A DNA stretch of 64,000 bases from an uncultured Eubacterium sp. (GCA_937894585.1 CALBGO010000021.1:5-64004), one strand, 5' to 3'; counted from the stretch's first letter, positions 17,776 through 27,400 are shown. Notes: a model not told the origin generated them from the sequence alone. Numbers and translations are program-made.

Positions 17776-19200
17776 ATGCTTTTGTCAGAAATGTTTTCGG
17801 GAGCGCCCGATGTGGAAATAAACGGAATATGTATCGATTCGAGAAAGGCAAAGCCGGGGGATCTTTTTTTCTGTCTGAAAGGGCTTGAAACCGACGGACA
17901 CAAATTCGCGGAGATGGCATGTGAAAAAGGCGCGGCTGCGGTAGTGCACAGCGATTCGCTTAAGAAGAGAAAGGGCGTTGCGTATGTTACGGCAGAGGAT
18001 ACCAATCGGGAGCTGAACAGAGTCTGCGATTTGTTTTTCGGTTATCCAAGTCATAAAATGACGGTGTTTGGGGTGACGGGAACCAACGGAAAGACTACGA
18101 CGACAAGCATCATCCGAGATGTTTACAATAAGCCCTGCGGCTATATGGGAACCATCGCGGTGCGTTACGGAAATGTGAGCAGAATCCCCAGTCTGACAAC
18201 TCCGGACGCTTTGGAGATTCACGGGAATTTGAAGGAAATGGCCGATTACGGTATGGAAGCTGTTGCGATGGAGGTCAGTTCCCACGGTCTTGCTATGGGA
18301 AGAACGGATTCTGTGGACTTTGATATCGCCGTGTTTACCAATCTGACTTACGATCATCTGGATTATCACAAAACCATGGATCAGTATTTTGAAGCAAAAA
18401 AGAGGCTCTTTACGCAGATGAAGCCTGCAGGCACAGCGGTGCTCAATGCGGACGATATCAGTTTCGAAGAACTGAAAAAGGCTGCCTCCTGCAGGGTTGT
18501 CACCTATGGTATGGTGCATGATGCAGATTACAGAGCAGAAGATGTGTCTCTTTTTGTAAACGGTTCTGCCTTTACGCTTGTATACGGCGGAAAGCGATAC
18601 AAAGTGGAAACCAACCTGTCCGCAAAATACAATCTGTATAATCTGCTCGGGGCGATTGCGGCCATGCATGAGGCAGGTATGGAAATTGAGGACATGCTGC
18701 CGAAACTTTCCCGGATTTCTCAGATAGACGGAAGAATGGAAATTATAGACAAGGGGCAGGATTTTACGGTAATCGTAGATTATGCTCATACGCCGGATGG
18801 TTTTGAAAAGGTGTTTGAGTATGCAAAGGAGGTTTGCGAAAACGGCAGGATCTATTCAGTATTCGGCTGCGCAGGCAAGAGAGATAAGGTAAAGCGCAAA
18901 GTCCTCGGACAGATTGCGGCAAAATATTGTGACCGCGTCTTTGTAACAGAGGAGGACCCCCGAGATGAAACGGCAGAAGGAATCGCCGAAATGATTTTAA
19001 GCGGTATGGAAGAAGACCGCGGCGTGTTTATTTCGGATCGTTATCAGGCGATAGAAGCTGCCATAGAGACCGCAGAGTCAGGTGACTGCGTACTGATTCT
19101 GGGAAAAGGCGACGAGCCTTATATGTATTACGAAGACGGCAGACACCCATGGATGGGTGATCATAAAGCAGCGGCAAAAGCCCTGGAAAAGCTGAAATAA
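17776..19200 (+). CDS. murE: UDP-MurNAc-L-Ala-D-Glu amino-acid ligase MurE
   Basis: GVTGTNGKTT, MEVSSH, FTNLTYDHLDYH, DYAHTPDG, GKG; specificity motif reads EDPR. Confidence 0.93.
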   Translation: MLLSEMFSGAPDVEINGICIDSRKAKPGDLFFCLKGLETDGHKFAEMACEKGAAAVVHSDSLKKRKGVAYVTAEDTNRELNRVCDLFFGYPSHKMTVFGVTGTNGKTTTTSIIRDVYNKPCGYMGTIAVRYGNVSRIPSLTTPDALEIHGNLKEMADYGMEAVAMEVSSHGLAMGRTDSVDFDIAVFTNLTYDHLDYHKTMDQYFEAKKRLFTQMKPAGTAVLNADDISFEELKKAASCRVVTYGMVHDADYRAEDVSLFVNGSAFTLVYGGKRYKVETNLSAKYNLYNLLGAIAAMHEAGMEIEDMLPKLSRISQIDGRMEIIDKGQDFTVIVDYAHTPDGFEKVFEYAKEVCENGRIYSVFGCAGKRDKVKRKVLGQIAAKYCDRVFVTEEDPRDETAEGIAEMILSGMEEDRGVFISDRYQAIEAAIETAESGDCVLILGKGDEPYMYYEDGRHPWMGDHKAAAKALEKLK

Positions 19201-19218
19201 ACAAGAGATAAGAAGCAT

Positions 19219-19251
19219 CAAAAAAGCACCTCGCATTTGAGGTGTTTTTTG
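19219..19251 (+). terminator. Terminator after murE
   Basis: CAAAAAAGCACCTC-N5-TGAGGTGTTTTTTG. Confidence 0.7.
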
Positions 19252-19358
19252 TATGCCCAAGAAAGAAATAGAAAATCTTTTTGTTTTTTTCAAAAAGGTA
19301 CCCAAAATTAAAGCCGCTTCGGTACAGATATAATGAAAGGGAAAGGAGGATACCGGTT

Positions 19359-20081
19359 ATGAGCAGTATAACAAATTCATCAAAGCTTCTGTCTGTATCC
19401 AGGCGGGAGGTGAAATATCTGATATCGCAGGAGGACAGGCTTTTTCTTTTAGAGGCGCTGGACAAGCTGCTGACGCCGGATGCATACGGCGGTTACAACG
19501 GCTATGTGGTACGCAGTGTATATTTTGACAGCATCTGCAATGATGATTATATAGACAAGAAAAACGGTGCGCCGGAGAAAAAAAGAATTCGTATGAGGGT
19601 GTATAATCCGGACGACAAAAAAGTGAAGTTTGAACTGAAACGGAAAAGCTACGGCAGAGAGCTGAAAGAAAGCCTTGTAATCGGCAGAGAAGATGCAGAG
19701 GCGCTCCTTGCGGGAAAGTACAGTGTGCTGCTTGGGTATGACAGCGGCACTGCCCGGTATGCTTATGAACTGATGACGGCAAGGGCGTACCGGCCTGTTT
19801 CTCTGATTGAATATGACCGCAGGGCATATACCCACAGATGTTTTAATACCCGGGTGACGATGGATCAGCATCTGCGGTACTGTGATTTTAATTATGATCT
19901 CTTCTCACATCATCTGAATTTTAAATCGGCGATGAACGATTTGGATACAATTTTAGAGATCAAGTACGACAGATTCCTGTTTCGACAGATTCAGGAGCTG
20001 CTGCAGCAGTGCGATTTGACGAGAAAACCGCCGAGCAAATTCGGCACTTCAAGAAGCATACTGAAGCAGTATTATGATTAG
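19359..20081 (+). CDS. VTC (polyphosphate polymerase-like, CYTH-fold) domain protein
   Basis: R.E.KY, VRSVYFDS, RIRMR.Y, FELK.K, Y.R.AY, R.T.D, ILEIKY, SKF motifs. Confidence 0.85.
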   Translation: MSSITNSSKLLSVSRREVKYLISQEDRLFLLEALDKLLTPDAYGGYNGYVVRSVYFDSICNDDYIDKKNGAPEKKRIRMRVYNPDDKKVKFELKRKSYGRELKESLVIGREDAEALLAGKYSVLLGYDSGTARYAYELMTARAYRPVSLIEYDRRAYTHRCFNTRVTMDQHLRYCDFNYDLFSHHLNFKSAMNDLDTILEIKYDRFLFRQIQELLQQCDLTRKPPSKFGTSRSILKQYYD

Positions 20082-20139
20082 AGCCTGCGTCGGCATTTTG
20101 AAACATCCGGCGTTTCGGCGGAAAGAGAAGGTGAAGTAT

Positions 20140-20802
20140 ATGAAACAGATTTTAAGTGATTTTATCCGTGTGATAAACGAAAGCAGTCCGAACAAAGACA
20201 CGATGGTATACAGTCTGGTGTTTACGTTGTGTATGGCGGTTGTTATGGCTCTGACCTACAGACTGATTCACACAGCCCTTTCCTATAATGCCCGGTTTAA
20301 TGTCAATCTGATGATGATGGCGTTTTTATCCAATGTGCTGCTGCTTCTGCTTCAGGATAATCCGCTTTTGTCTCTCGGTGCACTGGGATCTTTGTCTATC
20401 TGCAGGATTCGTATGAATACGAAAGACCCCAGAGATCTGGGTTTTGTATTTTGGGCGCTTGCAATCGGACTCACCTCGGCAATGGGAGCTTATGTTCCCG
20501 GGATCATTTTTACCTGTATGCTCAGTGTGATTCTGATTCTTCACGGCAGAGCCTTTCGGAGCAGAAAAAAATGTACAGTTGTAATCAGAGGCAGCAAGCC
20601 GCAGTTTGCGCCGGTACAGGATATTTTCCGTTCTTTGCGGGGCATTACAGTTCAGTCGAAAAATATTTTCGGCGAGTCCTTTGAGGTGGTATATGAAATG
20701 CGTGTTAATCCGAAGGTGGAAGAGAATGTGCTGATGAGACTGAACGGGATTGAAGGACTTTCGGATGTCAATGTACTGGCGCCGGAAACAAAAGCTGCCT
20801 GA
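20140..20802 (+). CDS. DUF4956 membrane protein, paralog 1
   Basis: LSLGALGSLSICRIRMNTKDPRDLGFVFW. Confidence 0.8.
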   Translation: MKQILSDFIRVINESSPNKDTMVYSLVFTLCMAVVMALTYRLIHTALSYNARFNVNLMMMAFLSNVLLLLLQDNPLLSLGALGSLSICRIRMNTKDPRDLGFVFWALAIGLTSAMGAYVPGIIFTCMLSVILILHGRAFRSRKKCTVVIRGSKPQFAPVQDIFRSLRGITVQSKNIFGESFEVVYEMRVNPKVEENVLMRLNGIEGLSDVNVLAPETKAA

Positions 20803-20834
20803 GACGGCAGAAGGAAGAACAGGGAGGTAATACT

Positions 20835-21500
20835 GTGAACGGAATTGAAGAAATGATGAAACAGATGCTGAGAAGCACTTCGGCTCAGATGGGAACAGGA
20901 GACATACTAAAAACACTGGGATTTGCCATTCTGATGGCAGGCGTGATGACATTGACTTACAAAATCGCCCATACGAAAAACAGTTATCAGCCCAAATTTG
21001 CCGCAGCTCTTGTAATGATGACTTTTGTGTCAACAATATTGATGGATCTGATTATGTCAAATTTGGCGCTTTCACTGGGCATGCTGGGTTCTCTTTCTAT
21101 TGTACGGTTTCGTACCAATATCAGAGACCCGAGAGATATCGGATTTATTATCTGGAGCATGGCAGCAGGTTTGACTGCGGCAACAATGAGTTTTACTGCC
21201 GGGATACTGGGCAGCGTGATTTTGGCGGCCCTGATGATTATTACCAAAAAAGATGATGCGGAGGCAGAAAGCAGATTACTGGTGATTCGCGGCAGCTGCG
21301 CGGATTTCGACCGTATTCGGACTGTACTGATGCAGGGGGGAAGGCAGGCTCGTGTAAAAGCGAAAAATATACTGAGTGATTCGTTTGAACTGGTGTATGA
21401 AGTAAAAATTTCCGATGACGACAGTAATCGTATGATTGAAAAACTGTTTGCGGTTGGCGGCATTGATGCAGTCAATCTGCTGGCGCAGAATGAAAACTGA
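20835..21500 (+). CDS. DUF4956 membrane protein, paralog 2
   Basis: ALSLGMLGSLSIVRFRTNIRDPRDIGFI; GTG start with RBS GGAGG. Confidence 0.85.
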   Translation: MNGIEEMMKQMLRSTSAQMGTGDILKTLGFAILMAGVMTLTYKIAHTKNSYQPKFAAALVMMTFVSTILMDLIMSNLALSLGMLGSLSIVRFRTNIRDPRDIGFIIWSMAAGLTAATMSFTAGILGSVILAALMIITKKDDAEAESRLLVIRGSCADFDRIRTVLMQGGRQARVKAKNILSDSFELVYEVKISDDDSNRMIEKLFAVGGIDAVNLLAQNEN

Positions 21501-21501
21501 T

Positions 21502-21530
21502 TTGACAGTGTTTTGTTTCCGACATACAAT
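21502..21530 (+). promoter_or_regulatory. SigmaA promoter for sigI-rsgI
   Basis: TTGACA-N17-TACAAT. Confidence 0.6.
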
Positions 21531-21601
21531 ATGAAACAGAAATATAAAACAGCAATGTGAAGCAGAAATACGAAACGAAGAAAACAGAAGGAGACGAAGG
21601 A

Positions 21602-22261
21602 ATGATGATTTCGGAAGAAGAAATCAGTCTGGATAATCTGGATATGCTGGCAGAGCGTCATAAAGGCTTTATTATACGAACCGTCAGCACGCTGACGGGA
21701 AGATATGTCAGCGTAGAGCATGACGATGCCTATATTATTGCACTTGAGGGTTTTGCGGAGGCTGCTGCAAAATATGACAGCGAAAAGGGAAGCTTTCTGA
21801 GTTTTGCAAAGCTGGTGATGGAAAGCCGCCTGAAAAATTATCTTGCCAAAGAAACTCGTACGGCGGCAGTGATTTCACTGGACGCGCTGTACGAAAGCGG
21901 CCTGGATTTTGAGGACGGGATTTCAGAAGATGAGCGCCGTCTGAAAGAAGAAATCGAAGGGTACAGACAGCAGCTGGCTTATTTTGGCCTGGATTTGGAG
22001 CTTCTTGCAGATACAGCGCCGAAACACAGGGATACCAGAGAAAATGCCATTGGAATTGCAGAAAAGACCAGCAGGGATAAACAGACTGTTTCGCTGACCT
22101 GGCAGAAAAGAAAGCTTCCAATCAGAGCGGTGGCTCGCCTTGCGGAAGTAACGGAAAAAGTAGTAAAGACCGGCAAGCATTTTATTCTGGCGGCTTTGAT
22201 TATCTTTGTGAAAAAGTATCCCGGTCTGTCTGACTGGGTGAAAAAGGCAGGAGGAATATAA
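21602..22261 (+). CDS. sigI: Alternative sigma factor, SigI family
   Basis: DD...IAL..F.EA...YD..KGSFLSFA, PKHRDTR, K.KLP; followed by an RsgI-like gene. Confidence 0.82.
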   Translation: MMISEEEISLDNLDMLAERHKGFIIRTVSTLTGRYVSVEHDDAYIIALEGFAEAAAKYDSEKGSFLSFAKLVMESRLKNYLAKETRTAAVISLDALYESGLDFEDGISEDERRLKEEIEGYRQQLAYFGLDLELLADTAPKHRDTRENAIGIAEKTSRDKQTVSLTWQKRKLPIRAVARLAEVTEKVVKTGKHFILAALIIFVKKYPGLSDWVKKAGGI

Positions 22262-23350
22262 GTGATGTATGAAAAAGCAGTGGTGCTTGAAATAAAAGAC
22301 GATTATTGCCTTGTGATGACAGAAGACGGAAAAATTGTGAGAATCTGGAAAAAAGCAGGGATTCGGGAGGGACAGAAAATTTATATTCTGGAAGAGGATT
22401 TGTACAGTAAGGATTCGTTAAAGGGCGCTGTGGTACTTCCGCTGACCGGCAGTAAGAATAGACGGCGCAGCGGCAATAGTGACGGCAGAAAAGGAAAAGC
22501 AGTACTGACAAAGGTGCTTACAGCAGCAGCGGCATTTCTGATTTTTGTCGGTACCTTGTCTTTGCCTCAGCTTTCTGATCCGGCTTATGCTGCTGTTTCT
22601 TTTGACGGGGAGAAGAGTGTGCAGCTGGAACTGGATGGTGAGAACAGAGTGGTCAGCGCAAAATCCTATGACGGTACGGTAAATGCGGATGTACTTTCCG
22701 ATATGGAGGGCTGCAGACTGGAAGAACTGTGGGATGTTCTGCGGGATTTTTCCGAGGAGGATGAACCGGTACTTGTTGCGGGGGCGCCGCTGAAGAGGCG
22801 CGCAGAGAAAGATACGGATGCGCTTTGGGAAGAGATTTGCGAAAACCTGGACGGGAGCATCTGTCTGCGCGGAGAAAAGAAAGATGTTCGGGAAGCGGAC
22901 AAGCAGAACAAGAGCCTTGGGATTTACCTCTTGGAAAAGGCTGTTGATGAAGATGCTCTTGCGGAATACTTCGGTGATGAGCAGGACGAAAAGCTTGCGG
23001 TATTTTTGAAAAAGTATCGGGAGAAGATGCCGCAGATTTACCGCAAATATGTACAGCTTTCTGAAGCAGACGATGACGATGCAGAGAGATTTGAACAGGA
23101 GCGGGACGAGGCAGATGACGAGGAAACCGATGATGAGCGTGATGAGAGCGGCGGCGATGATTGGGACGAAAAACCGGGCGGCAGCGTAGTAAATCCGCAG
23201 AATCCGGACGATGAAGATTCTGATGCGCCGTCTGCTGGCGGAAATGATGAAGAAGATGATGCGGATGATGAGGACGAGAACGGCGATTCTGATGACGAAG
23301 GCGAAAATGAGGAAGAAAATGAAGAAGACAGCAGGGATGAACGGGTATGA
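22262..23350 (+). CDS. rsgI: RsgI-like anti-sigma factor with acidic C-terminal tail
   Basis: N-terminal AVVLEIKDDYCLVMTEDG..GQKI RsgI_N motif, one TM, PAYA.VS.D..SV.L.LD..NRV; long D/E-rich tail. Confidence 0.78.
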   Translation: MMYEKAVVLEIKDDYCLVMTEDGKIVRIWKKAGIREGQKIYILEEDLYSKDSLKGAVVLPLTGSKNRRRSGNSDGRKGKAVLTKVLTAAAAFLIFVGTLSLPQLSDPAYAAVSFDGEKSVQLELDGENRVVSAKSYDGTVNADVLSDMEGCRLEELWDVLRDFSEEDEPVLVAGAPLKRRAEKDTDALWEEICENLDGSICLRGEKKDVREADKQNKSLGIYLLEKAVDEDALAEYFGDEQDEKLAVFLKKYREKMPQIYRKYVQLSEADDDDAERFEQERDEADDEETDDERDESGGDDWDEKPGGSVVNPQNPDDEDSDAPSAGGNDEEDDADDEDENGDSDDEGENEEENEEDSRDERV

Positions 23351-23390
23351 AGCGCAGAACCGCAGAACCGCAGAAAACATAAAATTTTGC

Positions 23391-23419
23391 TTGCTTTTTC
23401 ACAGGAAGTCATATATAAT
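23391..23419 (+). promoter_or_regulatory. SigmaA promoter of rpsT
   Basis: TTGCTT-N17-TATAAT. Confidence 0.6.
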
Positions 23420-23473
23420 AATTGTGCGAATTTAGCTGAATGTGCTAAAAATTTAATAGTGGGGTGAATAATT

Positions 23474-23746
23474 ATGGCAAACATTAAATCCGCAAAGAAA
23501 AGAATCAAAGTAATCGACAAGAAAACTGCAAGAAACAGAAGAGTTAAGGATCACGTAAAGGCTGCTCTGAAGAACTTCGACGCTGCTTTGGAAGAAGGCA
23601 ACATGGAAGCTGCTGCTGAGAAATTCGCAGTTGCTGAAAAGAAGTTAATGCAGGCTGCTGCAAAGGGAACTCTTAACAAGAAAGCTGCTTCCAGAAAAGT
23701 TTCCAGATTAGCAAAAAGATTCAACGCTGCAAAAGCAGCAAAATAA
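23474..23746 (+). CDS. rpsT: 30S ribosomal protein S20
   Basis: MANIKSAKKRI start, ASRKVSRL. Confidence 0.97.
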   Translation: MANIKSAKKRIKVIDKKTARNRRVKDHVKAALKNFDAALEEGNMEAAAEKFAVAEKKLMQAAAKGTLNKKAASRKVSRLAKRFNAAKAAK

Positions 23747-23814
23747 GTCTCACCCGTCCCCACCCGTGTATAAGTTAAATACACAGCAAATCCTCGTATG
23801 AGGAGATGAGCAAT

Positions 23815-23846
23815 AAAACGATGGATGTGTCTCCCATCGTTTTTTT
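23815..23846 (+). terminator. rpsT terminator
   Basis: AAAACGATGG-N9-CCATCGTTTT followed by a T run. Confidence 0.75.
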
Positions 23847-23957
23847 CTTTTTTATAGGGCGGAAAATATCGATTTTCCTGATTTTGTCTTGTGGGGTTTC
23901 TTAAGCGGAAACCCAGAAATATATTATCAATTTATTATAGCAGAAAGGAATTATATT

Positions 23958-24662
23958 ATGTCATTACATATCGGAGCCGAAAAAGGACAGATTGCAAAAA
24001 CTGTTCTGATGCCGGGAGATCCTTTGAGAGCGCAGTTTATTGCGGAGAATTTCCTCGAAAATCCTGTTCGTTATTCTGAAATTCGTAATATGTACGGTTA
24101 TACCGGAACTTATAAAGGCGTTCCGATCAGTGTACAGGGAAGCGGAATGGGTATGCCTTCTATGGGAATCTATTCATGGGAGCTGTTCACAGAATATGAT
24201 GTGGAAAATATTATTCGTATCGGAACGGCAGGCGCATTTCATGACAGTATCGATGTGGGAGATATTGTGGTCAGTCTGGCGACTTCTACGGATTCCAATT
24301 ATCAGCATGCTTTTAAGGTTCCGGGACAGTATTCTCCGAGCGCAAGTTTTTCGCTGCTGTCCAAAGTCATAGAAGCGGGGAAAGAAACCGGAATATCTTT
24401 TAAGGCGGGAAATACAGTGTCCTGCGATGTGTTCTATGAGCTGGGAGACGACTGGTGGAAGCAGTGGGCGTCCATGGATGTGCTGGCGGTAGAGATGGAA
24501 GCTGCGGCGCTGTATATGAACGCAGCTTATCACGGCAGAAATGCGCTGACCATGATGACCATCAGTGATCATTTTGTAACCGGTGAAAAAGCAACTGTAG
24601 AGCAACGTCAGAACCAGTTCACCGATATGATGAAGCTGGCTCTTGAAGCTGCGGTAAAATAG
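23958..24662 (+). CDS. deoD: Purine nucleoside phosphorylase (DeoD type)
   Basis: HI.A..G.IAKTVLMPGDPLRA, GMGMPS, VEMEAA, ISDH. Confidence 0.93.
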   Translation: MSLHIGAEKGQIAKTVLMPGDPLRAQFIAENFLENPVRYSEIRNMYGYTGTYKGVPISVQGSGMGMPSMGIYSWELFTEYDVENIIRIGTAGAFHDSIDVGDIVVSLATSTDSNYQHAFKVPGQYSPSASFSLLSKVIEAGKETGISFKAGNTVSCDVFYELGDDWWKQWASMDVLAVEMEAAALYMNAAYHGRNALTMMTISDHFVTGEKATVEQRQNQFTDMMKLALEAAVK

Positions 24663-24758
24663 GCTTGTGAAAGCCCGGTGCGGAAAAAGAACTTAAAAGA
24701 AATAGTGGTATTTCTTCCGTGATTATAATTTTTGAGAATAGTTCTTTCGAGCATAATT

Positions 24759-25190
24759 CTAAAGAAACCCGAGAAGTCTTTTGTAAAGATCCATTTCCAG
24801 GTTCATCAGCCGACCGGCAAGGGCGCGTTCCTTCTGGCCGGCTTTTTTATATTCGCGCAGATAACGGCTGAGCGATTTGATTCCCATATGGCAGCCGTCG
24901 GCAAGAAGTTCGGCTGCTTTTCTGTCGTCACGATCCATCATCATTTTGATTTCTGTAGTAAACCACATCATCGCGTTGGTAAGAGAAGTCGGAGACTCCG
25001 GTTCTTCGCCGCAGTTTTCTAAAAGTCGGCATGCAATATCTTTGATGAGTTCGTGCTCTTTTTTCTGTTCCTCGATGACAGAAAGCAGATCTTGGTCTGC
25101 GGTAAACTCCTGAATCTGTTTAAAACTGTTTACGGCATTTTTGCAGCCGGCATCGATTTCCCGCAGCAGTCTTATACTGTCTTCATTCAT
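24759..25190 (-). CDS. Small ferritin-like helical bundle protein, probably spore-related
   Basis: RBS AAAGGAGG; helical protein with AELL.DGC.MGIKSL..YL; sigG-like promoter upstream. Confidence 0.6.
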   Translation of the reverse strand: MNEDSIRLLREIDAGCKNAVNSFKQIQEFTADQDLLSVIEEQKKEHELIKDIACRLLENCGEEPESPTSLTNAMMWFTTEIKMMMDRDDRKAAELLADGCHMGIKSLSRYLREYKKAGQKERALAGRLMNLEMDLYKRLLGFL

Positions 25191-25217
25191 TATGATTCCT
25201 CCTTTGTATTTTTTCTT

Positions 25218-25247
25218 TAGCATTCCGGAAAACCGCAGTAAATATTC
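25218..25247 (-). promoter_or_regulatory. SigG-like forespore promoter
   Basis: Minus strand GAATA-N18-AATGCTA. Confidence 0.5.
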
Positions 25248-25248
25248 G

Positions 25249-25278
25249 GCATATTTTTACCCATTTTTGTTCAGACTG
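25249..25278 (+). promoter_or_regulatory. SigF-like promoter of gpr
   Basis: GCATA-N15-GTTCAGACTG; gpr is sigF/sigG-dependent in Bacillus. Confidence 0.55.
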
Positions 25279-25316
25279 TATACAGAGTATTTTTTAGGAA
25301 TTAACGGAGGTGTATT

Positions 25317-26219
25317 TTGAAATACAGAACTGATCTTGCCGTAGAGAATATGGAAAATCTTGAAGAAAGCGGAGTAAAACCCGGGGAAAAGGACGGCATT
25401 GTAATTGAAAAAAAGACGGTGGATGAAGATATCCGCGTAACAAGGATTGATATTGTGAACCTGAAAGGCGAAGCGTTGATGGGAAAGCCTGTGGGGCGGT
25501 ATATTACTATGGAGGTTGACGGAATTACAGAGGAAAAAGAAGGTATTTTTCAAAGAGCCGCCCGCGCTCTTTCAGAAGAGCTTTCGACTATGATCCGGCA
25601 TCGGTATGATTTGAAAGTGTTGATTGTGGGCCTTGGAAATGAGAAGGTAACGCCGGACAGTTTGGGGCCTCATACGGTCTCCAAAGTAAAAATCACAGGG
25701 CATCTGTTCAAGATGTTTCAGTGCGACGGCGATGAGGAGATGTCCAATGTCTGCGGTCTTGCGCCGGGAGTTTCCGCAACGACGGGAATGGAAACGGCGG
25801 AGCTGATTGAAAAAGCGGTGGAAATATTGCGCCCTGATGCGGTGATTGCAATTGATGCCCTGGCTGCCCGCAATATCGACAGAGTCAGCACCACCATTCA
25901 AATCAGCGATACCGGTATTTCTCCGGGTGCGGGTATGGGGAATATGCGCAGACAGCTGAATGAAGATACTTTGGGTACAAAAGTGATTGCTGTCGGCGTT
26001 CCAACTGTAATCGACTCGAGGACACTGATTTCGGAAGCTGTGGAAGCGATGAAAATTCCCGAAGAAAAGGCATGTCGCTATATGGAAAGCAGACAGTTTG
26101 ATATGGTAGTCACTTCGACCGATATCGACCTTGTGATAGCATCTTTTTCAGAAATAATTGCAAAAGCGATAAATATTACCCTGCATCCCGGCATATATTT
26201 TATGGAGCAGAAGCTGTAA
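25317..26219 (+). CDS. gpr: Germination protease GPR
   Basis: RTDLAVE, GLGN..VTPDSLGP, IDALAAR, GVPTV; TTG start with RBS GGAGG. Confidence 0.93.
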   Translation: MKYRTDLAVENMENLEESGVKPGEKDGIVIEKKTVDEDIRVTRIDIVNLKGEALMGKPVGRYITMEVDGITEEKEGIFQRAARALSEELSTMIRHRYDLKVLIVGLGNEKVTPDSLGPHTVSKVKITGHLFKMFQCDGDEEMSNVCGLAPGVSATTGMETAELIEKAVEILRPDAVIAIDALAARNIDRVSTTIQISDTGISPGAGMGNMRRQLNEDTLGTKVIAVGVPTVIDSRTLISEAVEAMKIPEEKACRYMESRQFDMVVTSTDIDLVIASFSEIIAKAINITLHPGIYFMEQKL

Positions 26220-26276
26220 AAGCTGCTCTTGGGGCAAACACATACGCTCTTGGGGGCAGAAGTGCCGGGGGGATTT

Positions 26277-27143
26277 ATGAGAAGAAAGAATTTGGTTATT
26301 TTTTTTGCTTTGGTTTATGTTGTCACGGTGGCTGTTTTTTTTAGGGGAATCACCGAGAAGGAAACAGGTGCGGACCGGCTGACTGCCATGTGTCTTGCAA
26401 GCAGTCTGCCCTGTATGGATCTGGTTGCGGAAGACGGACCTTCGGGCAGCGAAGATGCGGACAGGACTCTTCCGGTATCACAGGCATCATCGGAGACTTC
26501 TGCGGTAAAGGGCGAAAAATCAGAAGCAGAGAAAGTAAAGAAGAATTCAAAAAAGCCCAGAGTTTTGATCTATCATACCCATGCCACTGAAAGCTACCTT
26601 CCCGCTTCGGAGGGGAATTATCATACCGTGCGGGAGGAAAACACTGTGCGGGATGCGGGAAATGTACTTGCGGAAGTGCTTGAAGAAAACGGCATTGCGG
26701 TCGTTCATGACAAAACGATTCACGACAATCCCTCCTACGATGCATCTTATGAGCGAAGCTTTGAAACCGTAAAAACACTTCTGAAAAAATATCCGTCCAT
26801 TGAGTGTATCATAGACCTGCACAGAGATGCCACGGCTGCTGAAATTGCAGGTCCCGTACAGTCAGTAAAAGGAAAAAACAGCGCGGTATATTCCTATGTA
26901 CTCAGCAATACCACCGAAACTTACGGGCAAAACCGTGCTTTTCTGGGAAAACTCAATACCATTGCAGAAAGCCGCTTTGACGGTTACACCGGAAACATTT
27001 TGGAGCGCCCCTACTGGTATAATCAGGAGCTTTCCGGAAAGTCTGTTCTTATCGAAATGGGGAATAATCGCAATAATATCAGAGAGGTCCGCCGCTGCGC
27101 AGAGATTTTCGGGGAAGTTCTGGCGTCAGCCCTTAACGGATAA
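26277..27143 (+). CDS. spoIIP: Stage II sporulation protein P
   Basis: VLIYHTHATESY, IDLHRD, YNQ.L...SVLIEMG; follows gpr. Confidence 0.88.
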   Translation: MRRKNLVIFFALVYVVTVAVFFRGITEKETGADRLTAMCLASSLPCMDLVAEDGPSGSEDADRTLPVSQASSETSAVKGEKSEAEKVKKNSKKPRVLIYHTHATESYLPASEGNYHTVREENTVRDAGNVLAEVLEENGIAVVHDKTIHDNPSYDASYERSFETVKTLLKKYPSIECIIDLHRDATAAEIAGPVQSVKGKNSAVYSYVLSNTTETYGQNRAFLGKLNTIAESRFDGYTGNILERPYWYNQELSGKSVLIEMGNNRNNIREVRRCAEIFGEVLASALNG

Positions 27144-27200
27144 AAAGACGGAAGAGGGCACAGGCGAAAAGGCGGGAAGAATAAAAGGAGCATCGACATT

Positions 27201-27362
27201 ATGAATACTTTCGCAAAATCAATGATAATTTTTATACTTTTTATGATCGGAACTATGGCATTTGCCCATGTAGACCGACAGTGCGCCGCCATAGAGGGAA
27301 ATCGGATCTGCCTTATGGATAAACTGCAAAATTTCGTTGAAAAACAGAGCGATTTGCTATAG
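27201..27362 (+). CDS. 53-aa small membrane/secreted protein (absent from the ORF track)
   Basis: [39 protein letters not shown]..., fills the spoIIP-lepA gap. Confidence 0.6.
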   Translation: MNTFAKSMIIFILFMIGTMAFAHVDRQCAAIEGNRICLMDKLQNFVEKQSDLL

Positions 27363-27400
27363 AATGTATTATGAATGAGTATATGCAAAGAGAGGAAACT

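Noticed and set aside
19298..19335. SigI-type promoter upstream of the VTC gene (ACCCAAAA...)
   Set aside because: No CGWA -10 element at the expected spacing, so it cannot be supported
22418..23402. Long minus-strand ORFs opposite rsgI (also opposite chi, murE, dnaK and others)
   Set aside because: Antisense shadows of biased or low-complexity coding sequence, with no RBS or motifs
23747..23850. Possible purine riboswitch upstream of deoD (CTCGTAT...)
   Set aside because: Lacks the TATGG, GTTTCTACC and CCGTAAA core elements; best explained as rpsT 3' hairpins plus terminator
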